DNA of 63,733 nucleotides, filler included, from Craspedostauros australis (GCA_030167865.1; 16 parts of 16 records of this genome joined end to end with filler, not necessarily neighbours in it); one strand, 5' to 3'. Counted from the first letter of the whole stretch, positions 13,845-27,362 are shown. Notes: a model not told the origin generated them from the sequence alone. A program made the numbers and translations.

Positions 13845-14907
13845 CGGTCGTGGTGGTTGGGTGGCTGTATCAAGGATACGTCCACACCGATGCATGCCAG
13901 CACGGACACTTCACACAACCAAGGCGCACCCATCGCTGGAGCCCGCGTGCTCTACTCTACGCAACAACATACGAGTATACGCCACAAGTACCCTATGTAA
14001 GTTTGGAAACGTTCTTACGTACCCACATCCGTGCATGCATCACGTGCCTGCCATGCCGCATTGATACGTGCGCATGCTCGTTGCAACCACAGAGAGCGAC
14101 GCCCGAGGTGCCTGTTCTGTCAACACAGGGATGGTCCTCCCTGCATTCACCAACGCGGACACTGAATGATCCATCGCATGATCGTGATGCAATCAAACTC
14201 AAAGAGGCGCTGCGGATGCTGAGCGTGATCGATGAGTACGAGTACCCGCAATGACTCTATCCTCCGAAGACAGAGAGTATGCGCATCTGTGTCTGCACTG
14301 CGCATACAGGTGTGCAGAAACACATGCGCGGGCTGTTATGTTGCAGACCGCGACACTCAACTACCCTTCCGTTCCCCTTTTCGATGTTGAATCCCCTGAT
14401 GATAAAAACAAAATGGATCGTTCGGACATTGCTCTTTTTCGCGCGCTTCGCACAAGATCTTGTTCTGTTGTTCCGAAAGCAGAAAGAGCGAATCTTTCTC
14501 ATGCAAGCTGCTGCAATCGAACAACGAAGTTCTGCAGATTCCTGCGAGAATCCGATGCAATCATGCTGCAGGCAGCGGCGACTTGGGTCGGTCGTCGGAT
14601 TACGGCGCTTTCGGCAATCGGATAGGACTATTGGCATTGGAGAGCACGACATGTTGCGTGAAAAAGGATACTTCTCCCTAATGTTACGGCTAATTGGAAA
14701 AAGGCGATGGTGGTGGTGCATGGACTCAGCTGAGTGTGGCAGCTGCAGGAGGTTGGTCAGTCGGCCGCAGCTCCTCCGTCGTTGCCTGCGAGGAGTCGGA
14801 GGAGAGTTGCGGCGTCGAGAATGGCTACACCCATCGCACGAAGGATGGGCAGGCGGAGCAGGGATGAAGCCGCGCGCCGGTCGCTCGAGGGCGAAGGATG
14901 CCGCCGC

Positions 14908-15765
14908 TTAGGCGGCCATCTGCTCGTTGAGCAGGTACGGCGCGATGTTGCGTCGGTCAGGCGTGGTGTCCAAGACCATGTCGCCATTGTGCTTGAAGCC
15001 GCGGATGTGGCCCCGGCAGTCGGGAGAACCGCAGCCGCATTCGAAGCCACTCTCGAGGTGGGCTTCGGTGGTCTCGTAATCCCACAGCATCTGGTCGCCT
15101 GGCCGGATGGTGCGCAGGGCGACGAAGTTCATGATGGGGGTGGATGGACATCCGGTGACGCTCTCGTCCCACGAGATCTGCACGCCCAGGTTGCTCGTGT
15201 TGGATCCGCAGCCGTGGTTGACGTACCGGCATGGCATGTCGATGAGGACGTGCTGGCCGTCGTCGACCTGCAGCGTGTGGGAGTCGCAGACGGCGTTGTT
15301 GTCCAGGATGTTGGCCTCCATGACGATGTCGCCTGCTTCGTAGGTGGTCTGCGAGACGACATCCCAGCCGGCGCCCTCTCCGAACTGGTCGGCGGCGTCG
15401 TCGTCGGTCTGCTCCTGCTGGGCGGCCTCAGCATCGTCGGAAGCGCCCCACTTCTGGATCTTGACCTTGCCCTCGTAACGGCGGTTGGCGTCCTCGATTT
15501 CGTCCATCATGGAGTCGAAGCCTGGGGTGGTGTAGCATCGGGATGCGGCCGCCGTTGGTGCAGTGGCGCGGCACTGGAGCGAGGTCTGCATGCAACAGCA
15601 CATGAGCGGCTGCGTGGATGCGACCGACGCTCTGGCCATTGGGGATGCGGCAGCAGCCAGCGATCTGGAGGCAAAGGTCCGCGATTGGGTCATTCGGCCA
15701 GCACGGGCGGCGGTGCTGGTGGTCGCGCGCAGGAGTGCCTTGGTGGTTGCCATTGTAATCTTCAT
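14908..15765 (-). CDS. SET-domain lysine methyltransferase with post-SET zinc motif
   Basis: RYVNHGC, ALRTIRPGDQMLWDY, FECGCGSPDCRG. Confidence 0.9.
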   Translation of the reverse strand: MKITMATTKALLRATTSTAARAGRMTQSRTFASRSLAAAASPMARASVASTQPLMCCCMQTSLQCRATAPTAAASRCYTTPGFDSMMDEIEDANRRYEGKVKIQKWGASDDAEAAQQEQTDDDAADQFGEGAGWDVVSQTTYEAGDIVMEANILDNNAVCDSHTLQVDDGQHVLIDMPCRYVNHGCGSNTSNLGVQISWDESVTGCPSTPIMNFVALRTIRPGDQMLWDYETTEAHLESGFECGCGSPDCRGHIRGFKHNGDMVLDTTPDRRNIAPYLLNEQMAA

Positions 15766-16457
15766 CTTGATGCTGTCGTTGCTGTTGCTCGTGCTGTTGG
15801 ATTTGTTGTTGTTGCTGTTGCTTGTGCTGTTGGTAGGGGATTTGATCGCGACGTGTTCGAATTATGATGCTTGAGAAAGATGGAGAGATGTTGTCGCAGA
15901 GTATCGGTACTGTCCATTGGTTGCAACATCTCGGTTTCTCGTTCTGGCGAGTTCAACCAACGGCGTTGCACGGGTACAACACCCAGAGAAACGACAAGGC
16001 AACGTGGTGGTGTGTGTGTGTGGGGCAACAAGGCGCCAACGAGAAAGCAGCTGGTTCGTCGTCGTCAGACCTGTGCCGCCTTGTCCAACAACGAGAATTG
16101 CGCGAATGCTGTTTCCTGTCGGAACCAAATTCATGATGCGCAATTCCACTGGTTGTGGCCACGCCAAAGATCCATTCGCGAGGAGTCGTCGTACGCAAAC
16201 GCCAGGGAGCAACGGTAAAAAATAAAAATTACCATAGGTCGGAAAATACGCTGAAATGAAACACGTACGCTACGGTGGCTTGGACTGCATAGCATGACCG
16301 GGGCAAACAGTGTTGGAGTGCGGAGAGCGAAGCAGCTCACAAACCCGAGAAGCGCCACTCCTGTGTTGTTGGCAACTGTGCTGGTTTGCTGATTAAGTGT
16401 GCATTTGTTCGTGTTGTGGTTGATTGACTTGTGTGGGACTATTGATGTGTGGAGTAA

Positions 16458-16795
16458 TTAAGGTGCCATTGGNNNNNNNNNNNNNNNNNNNNNNNNNNNN
16501 NNNNNNNNNNNNNNNNNNNNNNNNNNNNNNGTGGCAGAGTTCTGCTGTTTGGGGCACAACACAGTTGCAGTGTTCATGACAAAAGACACTGGATCAGTGT
16601 CGTCGCCTTCGTTCTTCACGTTGTATCCAAAGTTTGTGTTGATCTCAGTGCACTCGAGCGGATCTTCGTCATGCACAACATCTTTGTATTGCTCGAAGCG
16701 GTCAACGAAGGTCGGTACCACCTTGGACGGGAAAAGTTTGCGCACCTTGACAAACATGAAGCCATCAGACACAGGGAAGTCCATGCTTGCTGCTT
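16458..16795 (-). CDS. Gapped ORF fragment, unknown product
   Basis: Open frame with protein-like composition running into Ns; no motif recognised. Confidence 0.3.
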
Positions 16796-16895
16796 NNNNN
16801 NNNNNNNNNNNNNNNNNNNNNNNNNNNNNNNNNNNNNNNTTAATTAATTAANNNNNNNNNNNNNNNNNNNNNNNNNNNNNNNNNNNNNNNNNNNN

Positions 16896-18462
16896 CATCA
16901 CCCCCCTTCAAGCCGCCTTCGGACAGCGACCGGACATCTCCAAGTTCCTGTCCTACCGATGGTGGCAACCTGTCTACTATCGGGTTGACAACCCCACCTT
17001 CCCCAGCCAGTCCAAGGAGCGCAGTGGACGCTGGGCCGGTCCCTGCCTTCACAAAGGCGATGATCTTACCTTCTGGGTCCTCGACGACGAGACCCAGCGA
17101 CTTCTTCCTCGGTCTGCCATCCGACCTGCCGACNNNNNNNNNNNNNNNNNNNNNNNNNNNNNNNNNNNNNNNNNNNNNNNNNNNNNNNNNNNNNNNNNNN
17201 NNNNNNNNNNNNNNNNNNNNNNNNNNNNNNNNNNNNNNNNNNNNNNNNNNNNNNNNNNNNNNNNNNNNNNNNNNNNNNNNNNNNNNNNNNNNNNNNNNNN
17301 NNNNNNNNNCACAGACCCTGAAACAGTGGGGAATGCCAAGGTCCACATCCCGAAGTTCTCTCCCGAGGATCTCGTTGGGATGACCTTCATCCACGAGAAG
17401 GATGACCAGCAAGTCAGAGCGGAGGTGGTGCAAAAGGTCAATGACCTTGATGCAGCCAACCACCAACGCATCAAGATGCTACTAGCACTGGCTGATGGGG
17501 AGACGCATGACCTCATTTCCTACGTTGAGCTCGCCGATATCATCGAACGGCAACAGGAGCACAACGACGACCCCGACGCCAAGTGGGAGTTCGACTCCAT
17601 CATCGGACACGAGGGTCCCCTTTCATCTTCCTCTCCCTCCTACAAGGGATCGAGCTTCAACGTCATCGTCAAATGGGGAGACGGCTCCACCTCCACCGAA
17701 CCCCTCTCCATCATGATTCAGGATGATCCTGTCTCTTGCGCTGCCTACGGCCGCCGCCACGAGCTGCTCGACGAGCCTGGCTGGAAGCGCCTCAAGCGCC
17801 TCGCCATCCGAACCAACCGTCTTGAGCGACAAGTCCACGTCGCCAAGTCCAAGGCCTTCAACCACGCTCCCACCTTCCAGTTCGGTGTCCAAGTCCCTCG
17901 CAACCACAAGGAAGCGCTGCGACTTGACGACAAGAACGGCAACACTCTCTGGGCCGATGCCGAGAAGAAGGAGATGGACCAACTCTTCGGTTACCACACC
18001 TTCAAGTCTCTCGGCAAAGGCGCCCCAGTCCCCTCCGGCTTCCAAAAGATCCGCCTCCAATGGGTCTACGCTGTGAAGCACGACCTCCGCCACAAGGCGC
18101 GCTGCGTCGCTGGTGGTCATCTCACCGACCCCTGCAAGGATGCATCCTANNNNNNNNNNNNNNNNNNNNNNNNNNNNNNNNNNNNNNNNNNNNNNNNNNN
18201 NNNNNNNNNNNNNNNNNNNNNNNNNNNNNNNNNNNNNNNNNNNNNNNNNNNNNNNNNNNNNNNNNNNNNNNNNNNNNNNNNNNNNNNNNNNNNNNNNNNN
18301 NNNNNNGCTGGTCATACCATGCAGATAGTCAAGGCACTCTACGGCCTGCGCACATCGGGCGCCCGATTCCATGAGGCCCTCGCCGACACCCTTCGCGACA
18401 TGGGTTTCCTCCAATGCCGCTCCGATCCCGACGTCTGGATGCGTGACGCCAACTCCCATTGG
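16896..18462 (+). mobile_element. Ty1/Copia (CoDi-like) pol fragment: chromo-like region plus reverse transcriptase
   Basis: FGVQVPRN..EALRLD..NGNTLWADA, VYAVKHDLRHKARCVAGGHLT, KALYGLRTSGARF, DPDVWMR. Confidence 0.93.
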
Positions 18463-19834
18463 NNNNNNNNNNNNNNNNNNNNNNNNNNNNNNNNNNNNNN
18501 NNNNNNTTAATTAATTAANNNNNNNNNNNNNNNNNNNNNNNNNNNNNNNNNNNNNNNNNNNNGAGAGAGAGATTGTGTTGTCAAGAAAATCACACTGGGA
18601 CATGGTGTGTTTTCGACGTGAAAAAGTGTTTCAACGTGTGTTTTCGTGGTGTCAACCCGCGATGAGAAACACAGACCGGGCAACAAGGCACGCGATCTTT
18701 TCGCTGATAGCAGCGTGTGTCTCAGTAGGGATTTCCGTGTAACCTACGGTCGGTGCGTCCACCGGTGTCATCCAGACCTCGCAATGCGAACGGTAGGATT
18801 ACATCCCGTTGACGCCGGTCACTTTGCGTCAACACACCATGGTCAAAGAGGATGCAGCACAGTACAAGCAGTGCCGGCTTGGTGACGGTCCACCCTCGGA
18901 GCGGGGTTCCAGTATTATCGTCGCCTCTTCAGGCGGTCCCTGCACGCTCGCACATGCCCGCATGAGCGGATGGGTCTGATAAACCAAGTTACGACACACG
19001 TGAAACCGATTTAGAGTGAAAAAGAGTAAAGATGCAGATTATGAGTCTTNTCGATGTCGTATGCGTCAGTGCAGTTGTCTGATTGCTGTGTTGTGCATGA
19101 TTGGTAGTGGCGGCTATCGTGTAACGCCGTTTCAACGGTTTCATACATATCCCGGTTTGCCGTGAAGAATGGTCTTTTGATTTGTCACTTGCACCACGCT
19201 CCGCGGTCTTGGCTTCGAAACTGGTCACCATGACAGGCCCCATGTATACCGGTCACTGTGGAAAAATGTCGCATGTGTTGCTGGCCACCTTCCACGACCT
19301 ACACCCAAACAGGATTTCATTCGCCGCAGCGTTGCATGTGTGACTGTCTCTCTGTGTTTGTGGAGAGAGAAGGAACAGCAACATCACACACGAGACAAAA
19401 AAGTACACAGGAATAGTATGCTCCTGTTGGCCTCTCCTGCACTTCAACCCCAGTTTTCTTGAACTAAAAATACAGCATAGCAGAACAGTGAATGGAAAAT
19501 GTAGAATATTATTATTGAATAGAATAGATCGTATTCTCTGAAAGAGCATCGCAAGACTATTTCGTACCCTCAAGTACATCGGAGAGATGCTCCAGCAAGG
19601 TTTCAAAATGCTAACATAGGTTTCTAGAGCTCTGCTTGTGTGGTGGGTGCTGGCAAAATGCCTGTTCTCGCATCTTATGCTATAGCATAAGATGCATTAT
19701 AGAATATAATACAATATCATAATAGTATATTGTGTCATCGCTCGTAAAAACACAGAGAAAGGGTGGTTGGTCCATCCAGCATAATTATTGACAATCATGG
19801 GCAAGGGCATTCCTAGCTCGTACTCGTGGAATTC

Positions 19835-22800
19835 CTACTCGTACGGATCATAGCACTTGATCACGAATGTGTATTGGGCGGTGGGATGATTCAGACCACC
19901 AGGCTTGTAGCAATAGTCTGGAACCGCCGCCGTGTCGAGGTTTTCATCAAATGAGGGATCAGAGACGAATATGTCAACGATCGCGATGTTGGTCGTGGGC
20001 ATGCACGATGTCACAACGGTCCTGCTTGCACCCTGGCTGAAGTTTTCGGAAAGAGTGCAATGGTTGTCATCCCATGTCGGGTAGTTCGTGTAAAAGTAGG
20101 CAACACTCTGAGACCAAGTTTGTGTGATCTTGAAAGCCACCGTGCTTCCGTCGGAGGACAGAACCTGGATCGGACTTTGTGCGAAAGCCGCATGCCCCCG
20201 TCTGCTGATGAGGATGACACGATCTGAGGAAACGTCATTGACGGAACCTGAGCTCTCTTCACAGGCAGTGGGACTTGTACTGGTTCGATCACTTGGTTGG
20301 TTGCTTGGTTGAGTACTGGGACTATCACTGGGACGATGGCTGGGCTGACTACTTGGTTGGGTGCTTGGTTGAATGCTTGGCCGATCACTGGGTTGTGTGC
20401 TTGGTTGAGTACTGGGACGATCACTTGGCTGAGTGCTTGGCAACGATGACGGTCCATTGCTCAGCATTGCCGATGGTCCATCTGTCGGTAAGGATGTTGG
20501 TCCATCACTCCACAGCTTGCTGGGGAGTGTGGATGGTGGCTGGCTCGGCATTGCGGATGGTCCATCACTTGGAAGCTTGCTGGGGAGTGTGGATGGTCCT
20601 GTACTCGGCATTGCGGATGGTCCATCGCTTGGAAGCTTGCTGGGAAGTGTGGATGGTCCTGTACTCGGCATTGCGGATGGTCCATCGCTTGGAAGCTTGC
20701 TGGGAAGTGTGGATGGTCGTTGACTCGGCATTGCGGATGGTCCATCACTTGGAAGCTTGCTGGGGAGTGTGGATGGTGGCTGGCTCGGCATTGCGGATGG
20801 TCCATCGCTTGGAAGCTTGCTGGGAAGTGTGGATGGTCCTCGACTCGGCATTGCAGATGGCCCATCCGTCGGTACACTCGTTGGTCCTTCACTTGGCAAT
20901 GNNNNNNNNNNNNNNNNNNNNNNNNNNNNNNNNNNNNNNNNNNNNTTAATTAATTAANNNNNNNNNNNNNNNNNNNNNNNNNNNNNNNNNNNNNNNNNNN
21001 NGCTCCGATCGCGTAGCCTAGGTCGACATCGAATTTGGTGAAATGGAAGAGTTCATTGATGGAATGATCATGATGCGACGGCAACAACAGTTCCTTTGGG
21101 GTGCTTGCGGCCTCGATAGAAAGCTTCGGTCCAGCTTCAACGAAAGGAGCTAGCCCGAGGACTCCATAGAGTGCCACATCGGCTCCCAGTCGCAACCCCC
21201 CATAAAGGTCCAGCGATGCACTGGCACTGATATCGTAGTTGAAGTGCCTCTCTGGGTCTGGGCTCTTTGCGCCTGGGCCCCATCCTTTCCCAAGCACGTA
21301 GCTGGCTTGCCAATCATATTCGTCTCGTGACGTAGCAGATACCCCAAAGCTTGCTTCAAGATTCGCTTCGGCTTCAAGAACGAGGTCAGTGATGGGAGTG
21401 ACTTTGATGCTCACCGGAACTCCACCCACCACAAATGTGACCCATCTGCCCTTCCATTTGTGCAATGCGATGGTTTTGGAGAAGTCAGAGGATATGGACT
21501 TTGTGACTGTGAGCGATGCCGTTTGTTCGAGGACGACGGAGACTGCGACCGAGGCATCGAAATAAGGCTTTCCATACCAATGCACTCCCATGCTCACGTG
21601 AGAGTCCAGCCAAAAGCTGAACTCAACGGAGTAGTCGATGTCGATGGGCCCAATGCTCTCGCTCTTCTCGAACTGGAAAGTGATTTGAGCGGCGGACAAG
21701 TATTCAATGCGAGACTGTAAAGTGCCACCGCCGCTGCCGCCGCTACCATCACTGTCTCCCGGATCTTTCGGCACCTTTACGACAGAAGACATGTCGAGCC
21801 GATCGTAGATATCCGAAAGGGTTCCAGTCTTCGCCCTCCAGGCGACTATGCCTGAGCTGGGTTCTCCGCTCGTACTGTCTGTGTCCAGCACTGAGATTAG
21901 GTTGACGATGTATGGCTCGCCGTCCCTGTCGTTGCCTGTGATCCAGTCTCCCTCCTTAAATGATCCGCTTTGGCTCTCTGGAAAGTTAATGAAGACCTCG
22001 TCACCCTCCTTCACACTCCACACATAGTCCGTGTCTTCTTCCAAGTAGATCACGTTGTTGCGTTGGTTCAACACAGGGTCAACTGTCGAGATCTGCACCG
22101 GGCGGAATTCTCGGTTTGAAGACACCCAGTCATCGCCAACTTTAGCAACGACGAGTAGACTATGATGGGCTCCAACCTTGAGGTTTTCGACGGCGTGGAA
22201 GAGTTCAGTAGTTTCGTGGTTGTACACTGACTCATCCGCACGAAGATCTTCAAGCGAGGCATCTGCGAAGTTCATGGCACCCTCCACGACGAATGCCTCG
22301 TATGTGATGTCTTCGCATTCCTCACCATTGAAGTCATAAGCGGCGTCATGAAACTCAGCAGCGGGCCACACTATCTCGACCGCTCCTTTGCGCGCCGAGA
22401 TCGCCGCAGTTAGGCCTGGAAAGATGAGCTTAGCTTGTTCTTTGTTGCATGGCTTGCGAGTATACTCGCTCTGTCGTAGTTTACATGATTACAGTGTGCG
22501 ATCGCATTGCACAAGTATCATTGGAGGCAAAGGAAAGTGATGGATTGGCTCATTTTGTGTGTGAGTAGGGTTGTAACCACGGTGCCCAAGTCAAACCGGT
22601 CCCTCCTCAAAGATCGATGAATGGAGGAGGCATAGCAATACCAACCGGCTGAAAACCGCAGCCGCCATATTCCAGCCTCGTTGTCCGACACTCTGCGGCC
22701 TATGTGACAATGAACTTACCGGCTGTCCTTGATTGGTGTTGGCGGCTTGGACGCCCATGCTGCCGCTCGCAAGCACGAGGCAGGCGAGCGATACAAGGCC

Positions 22801-22836
22801 GATGAGGCGACCGCTGATGGTCGAAGGCAAGGTCAT
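19835..22836 (-). CDS. Secreted protein with beta-rich N-terminal region, Pro/Ser-rich repeats and Cys-containing C-terminal domain (gapped)
   Basis: Signal-peptide exon 22836-22720 (GTAAG donor), phase-0 acceptor and exon from 22470 open to the gap at 21001; ORF 20901-19835 on the same strand after the linker. Joining across the linker is inferred. Confidence 0.7.
20275..20901 (-). repeat. Coding tandem repeat: about six 60-bp units (PSTLPSKLPSDGPSAMPSxx) followed by 12-bp PSxx units
   Basis: Consecutive 60-nt lines 20521-20860 are near-identical. Confidence 0.95.
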
Positions 22837-24739
22837 GGTCCGTGTTGGTTTGTTGTTGTTGTTGTTGCTTTCGAAGATGATCCAGGTTGGAATTGTGAGC
22901 CTTTGGTTTGGCTGTGATGGAATGAGACGCCACAGAGCAGAACGGCGCGCTAATTCTGTATTCGTCGCGAATGGACGCTGGGCAAGGCTTCCCCTCGTCG
23001 TTTTCTTCGACATCGACCCATGACGTCCATCCTCGCCCTCCCTTCGCAGCTGGTGTTCGCGCATCAAGCCGAGAATTTCATCGGCCCTTGCCGACATTCG
23101 GATGCCAAGGAAGCAGACAGCTGCTGCTCATCCCGACCATAAATCTCAATGGCGTGCCATCTGCATGTTTGCGGCACCGGGGAACGTTTTCCCTCAACAT
23201 GCGACCTTGCAAATTTGTGAAAGCAGGAAAAGAGTACGCCAAAGTGCGATCTTTGCATGTTCGCGAAAGCAGGAAGAACGTGCATCAAAGGCACAAATCT
23301 GGGAAGGATGAGATCTTGGGAGCACGAAGTGATGCAACTTGACTTTGGTCCAGACAACGAACCGCCTGCAGAGTACTCGTGTGTACCGTCTCCACATAGC
23401 CAGCCGGTCGACTTTGGCTTCAACTTGGCTAACATCCCGACTCCGGACGGAAGAGGCGCACATCCGATCCCAAGAAGGTGAAATGAAGAATCTTCAGGTC
23501 GATCTTAATGGTATGGTCACGGTCGAGTGACGCTGGTCCAATAAATCTGACTGCCTGTGACGGCAAACAGGATCTCGTTGGTCTGCTTCACGCTTCATGC
23601 TCGATACTTCTGCGTCCCATACTTCATGCATCCTTCAATGCAACGTTCTGTGCAATCTTCCTGTGCCCCACACGCATGTTGATCCGAATTGCGTATCATC
23701 TTCAGCACATCATCGGCACGTCCGAAACCGAAGACTTTCATCACCGTCAGAGTTGCCTTTTTGTTCCTTTGTCGAGAGAGCAAGAGAGAGTTGATGTGTT
23801 GGTTGTGTGTGGTTGTGCTCCTGTTGTTGTTTCAGTGGAAAACGATGGAGCCGTTTCGTTCGGGAACACCAGCGTCTGGGGGAAACGGACACGGGGCTCG
23901 TTTAACTCGTATTGATCGATTCGGCGGCCCTACCTTCGATGTCGCTACACAACTGATCTGAATCAGAGAGAGATAGAGCAGCTGTTCTCGTTACCATTAT
24001 GCGATACATGTATGTATGGTATTATGCATTAGAGTAGTCCACATTCACAAGTACAGGCCCCAGCTTCAGCGCGTAGCTTGCATTCTCCTGCACTCTCTTG
24101 GCATTATTCAGTACAAATACGCAATGGGACATCTGTCGAGTACGATGTCGATAGGATTCTTCCCAGGAGCCAAAGGAAACCCAGTCTTGGGCAAAACAAG
24201 ATCAGCAGAAGCACCAACAGCACCAATGCAGCCACCAGAATATAATGCTACTACTCCATGTCATTCAACATTGCTGAGTGGGGTAGGTGGAAATCCAACT
24301 CAAGCTACAATACAATCTGAGTCGGGTATGTATGGCATCGCAGAACAGTGATCCCAACACTCTCAGATACAAGAGGGAGAACATACAATACTTGTCTGAT
24401 ACTCGCTGGAAGATCTTCGAAGGGTTGCTGGTTGCAAAAGACTGCTTCCATGTGGTGCCATCGTGGTGGTGGTCCGTTGCGGTATCTATTCAGCAAGTAT
24501 TGTGGAGACTGGTAAATTGATACTTGCTCGCTGAAAGACGTTGTCGTGCCTACTACACAACAGGCGTGATAGGCCGGGGAGACCTTGCCACACGCACGCA
24601 CAAGTGCAATGAAAGCCCTACTTCTCTACGATAGTGCTANNNNNNNNNNNNNNNNNNNNNNNNNNNNNNNNNNNNNNNNNNNNTTAATTAATTAANNNNN
24701 NNNNNNNNNNNNNNNNNNNNNNNNNNNNNNNNNNNNNNN

Positions 24740-25217
24740 ATGATGATTATGATGGCTGTGCTCTCTTGGATGTGTTTGCGAGTGTGGAGCGAGGAAAGTC
24801 TCGAGAGAGTGTTTGACAGGCACGCTCACACCAACAGCTTGTTGTTCTTGGTCTCCTCAACTTCATGTCTGTTCGAATCTGTTTGTACTTCTCTGTGTTG
24901 TGCTGACCGCACAGATCAGGCTAAGAGAACACTCAGGTTTTGTTGCGCTGTCTCCTTCTTCAGCGGTATCTTCCCTACTTGTTGTGATGGTGGTGGCAAT
25001 CCCTTGTCCATTTTTGACATCGTGGATTTGGGGTTTTGGAGTGCTTTGATGTGGACAGAAATTGACACACGACGATGACCGTTTCGAATGGCGCCAAAAC
25101 AAGTTTTGAGGTCATGTGTGTCACAGTCTGGCCTTTGTCCGTCTGTGTGGGTAGAGACTGAACATTTCTGGTGCCGTACGAACAGACCCAAAAAATTGGC
25201 GATTATTGGCTACAGAT
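24740..25217 (-). repeat. Inverted third copy of the upstream region of the duplicated P-loop gene
   Basis: Reverse complement of ~26565-27040 and ~28127-28600; identical translated ORFs. Confidence 0.95.
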
Positions 25218-25921
25218 TTTGGAACCATTTTCCCCGATCTCAGCCTTGAATCTGTAGACACTCAATCGAATATCTCTTTACATCTACGTAAAATTAAGAG
25301 TCAGGGCTATCCAGGAACGTAATAACATTATCTATCTTGTTGTTACTACTAGCTTGTCGATCTTGATGTGTTTGTTGACCCCCTTGGTGTTGTTTTGCCT
25401 TCGGACAACGGACGGACCGGGGTTTCATTGTATATGTTTGGCTACACAAAGGATTCTACAGGAGTCCGGTAGGATCTTGCCTCGTTAGTCTAGAAATTCG
25501 ACTCTCCATCTTTGAAGTCTACGGACTTAGCGGTCTTTGGCTCAATCTGTACAATGGATATCATTTCAGAGTCATCTCTCCGAGGCGGTCACGATTATGT
25601 TTGAGCGCCATGGAGTGATGGTATACTTGCTTCAAGTGCTCCTTTGCCAGACGGAGTGATATTTGACCACTCGGATCCTCAATTTCGGTGACACGTTTGC
25701 TCAATTCTGATTCAGTTGTTTGCGTCATCGTGACGTCAGCGAAAGTTGGAACACTTCTTTGGACCAATCAGAACAAGAAATCATGCCAACCAGAAGCCAA
25801 AATCGTCCGTGAATGATGAAGGTGCTTGATGGATGGCATCAGTGCTCGCCGAGCAAGAGAGTAACAGACACCAAACTTCAGGATGGTATATACAAACGCC
25901 ATATCCATAATGACGTTTTTC

Positions 25922-26025
25922 TTGCGTCCGGACGCATTCTCTACGTAGCTTGCGTCCGGACGCAAATTGAACGCTCAGTTTGCGTCCGGACGCAAATNNN
26001 NNNNNNNNNNNNNNNGACGCAAATG
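25922..26025. repeat. Array of palindromes TTGCGTCCGGACGCA(A): three full copies plus one partial after Ns
   Basis: Copies at 25922, 25950 and 25980; GACGCAAATG resumes at ~26016. Confidence 0.9.
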
Positions 26026-27362
26026 CAAGCTCGCCGAAAATACCACTTGTACTACTTAAGTCCCATGTTCCTCCACGATGTCCCGTGTTGCAGAAAAAAA
26101 AACCCGATTTCGCTCCGAAACCCGAAAGTGGGTTGTTTTTTTTTCTGACTCCTTCGAGTAACGCATTTATTTGGCGATTTCCAAAAAAAAAAGCCCACGA
26201 TACAGCACGGCGTCATTGGTCATGTCTCAGGGGTTCCTTTCCGTGCGCCTGTCTTTCTTTCTCGACGTCATGGGATCTGAGGTAATAATCTTTTACTTTT
26301 TGATTTTGATGTCATCCACCACGATCCTGACAACAACACCAAAATCCTGGCAACGGCGTAACACAACAAGGAGGGTGGGACACGAATCATGATTATTGTT
26401 TGTTCAATTACCACAACTGCAGCGATTATTATCGATGTAAGACATGAGTCATGTCGTGAGTCGANNNNNNNNNNNNNNNNNNNNNNNNNNNNNNNNNNNN
26501 NNNNNNNNTTAATTAATTAANNNNNNNNNNNNNNNNNNNNNNNNNNNNNNNNNNNNNNNNNNNNATCTGTAGCCAATAATCGCCAATTTTTTGGGTCTGT
26601 TCGTACGGCACCAGAAATGTTCAGTCTCTACCCACACAGACGGACAAAGGCCAGACTGTGACACACATGACCTCAAAACTTGTTTTGGCGCCATTCGAAA
26701 CGGTCATCGTCGTGTGTCAATTTCTGTCCACATCAAAGCACTCCAAAACCCCAAATCCACGATGTCAAAAATGGACAAGGGATTGCCACCACCATCACAA
26801 CAAGTAGGGAAGATACCGCTGAAGAAGGAGACAGCGCAACAAAACCTGAGTGTTCTCTTAGCCTGATCTGTGCGGTCAGCACAACACAGAGAAGTACAAA
26901 CAGATTCGAACAGACATGAAGTTGAGGAGACCAAGAACAACAAGCTGTTGGTGTGAGCGTGCCTGTCAAACACTCTCTCGAGACTTTCCTCGCTCCACAC
27001 TCGCAAACACATCCAAGAGAGCACAGCCATCATAATCATCATAGTCATAATCATAATCAACAACATCGACGTCGACATACTCACCACAATCAATCATCAA
27101 AATCAGCCACACCTTCAAAGCTGAACGGAGCCTGACTGGAGTCCTCACGAAGGCAGAACAAGACAAGACAACACAGGACAAGGTGAGCAGAATCAAACAT
27201 TGTCGTTGCTATCGATGGCATCATCAACAACAACAACACTCACGCCAACACTCATGCCAACACTCATGCCAACACTCATGCCAACACCATAACTCCACGG
27301 TTTCTTGTTGCTGTCGCCCTCTCGCCTCCAATCACTTGCGCCGAACGGGTATCAACAGCAAG

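Noticed and set aside
16840..16851. Recurring TTAATTAATTAA as a biological repeat or piggyBac TTAA site
   Set aside because: Always centred in 44+44 Ns; it is an assembly linker, and ORFs ending in ...LIN are artefacts of it.
18563..18996. Possible LTR end (...TTACGACA) beside a linker
   Set aside because: No second copy or TSD in the window to support it.
25922..26025. CRISPR array
   Set aside because: Eukaryotic context, spacers only ~12-14 bp, no cas genes.
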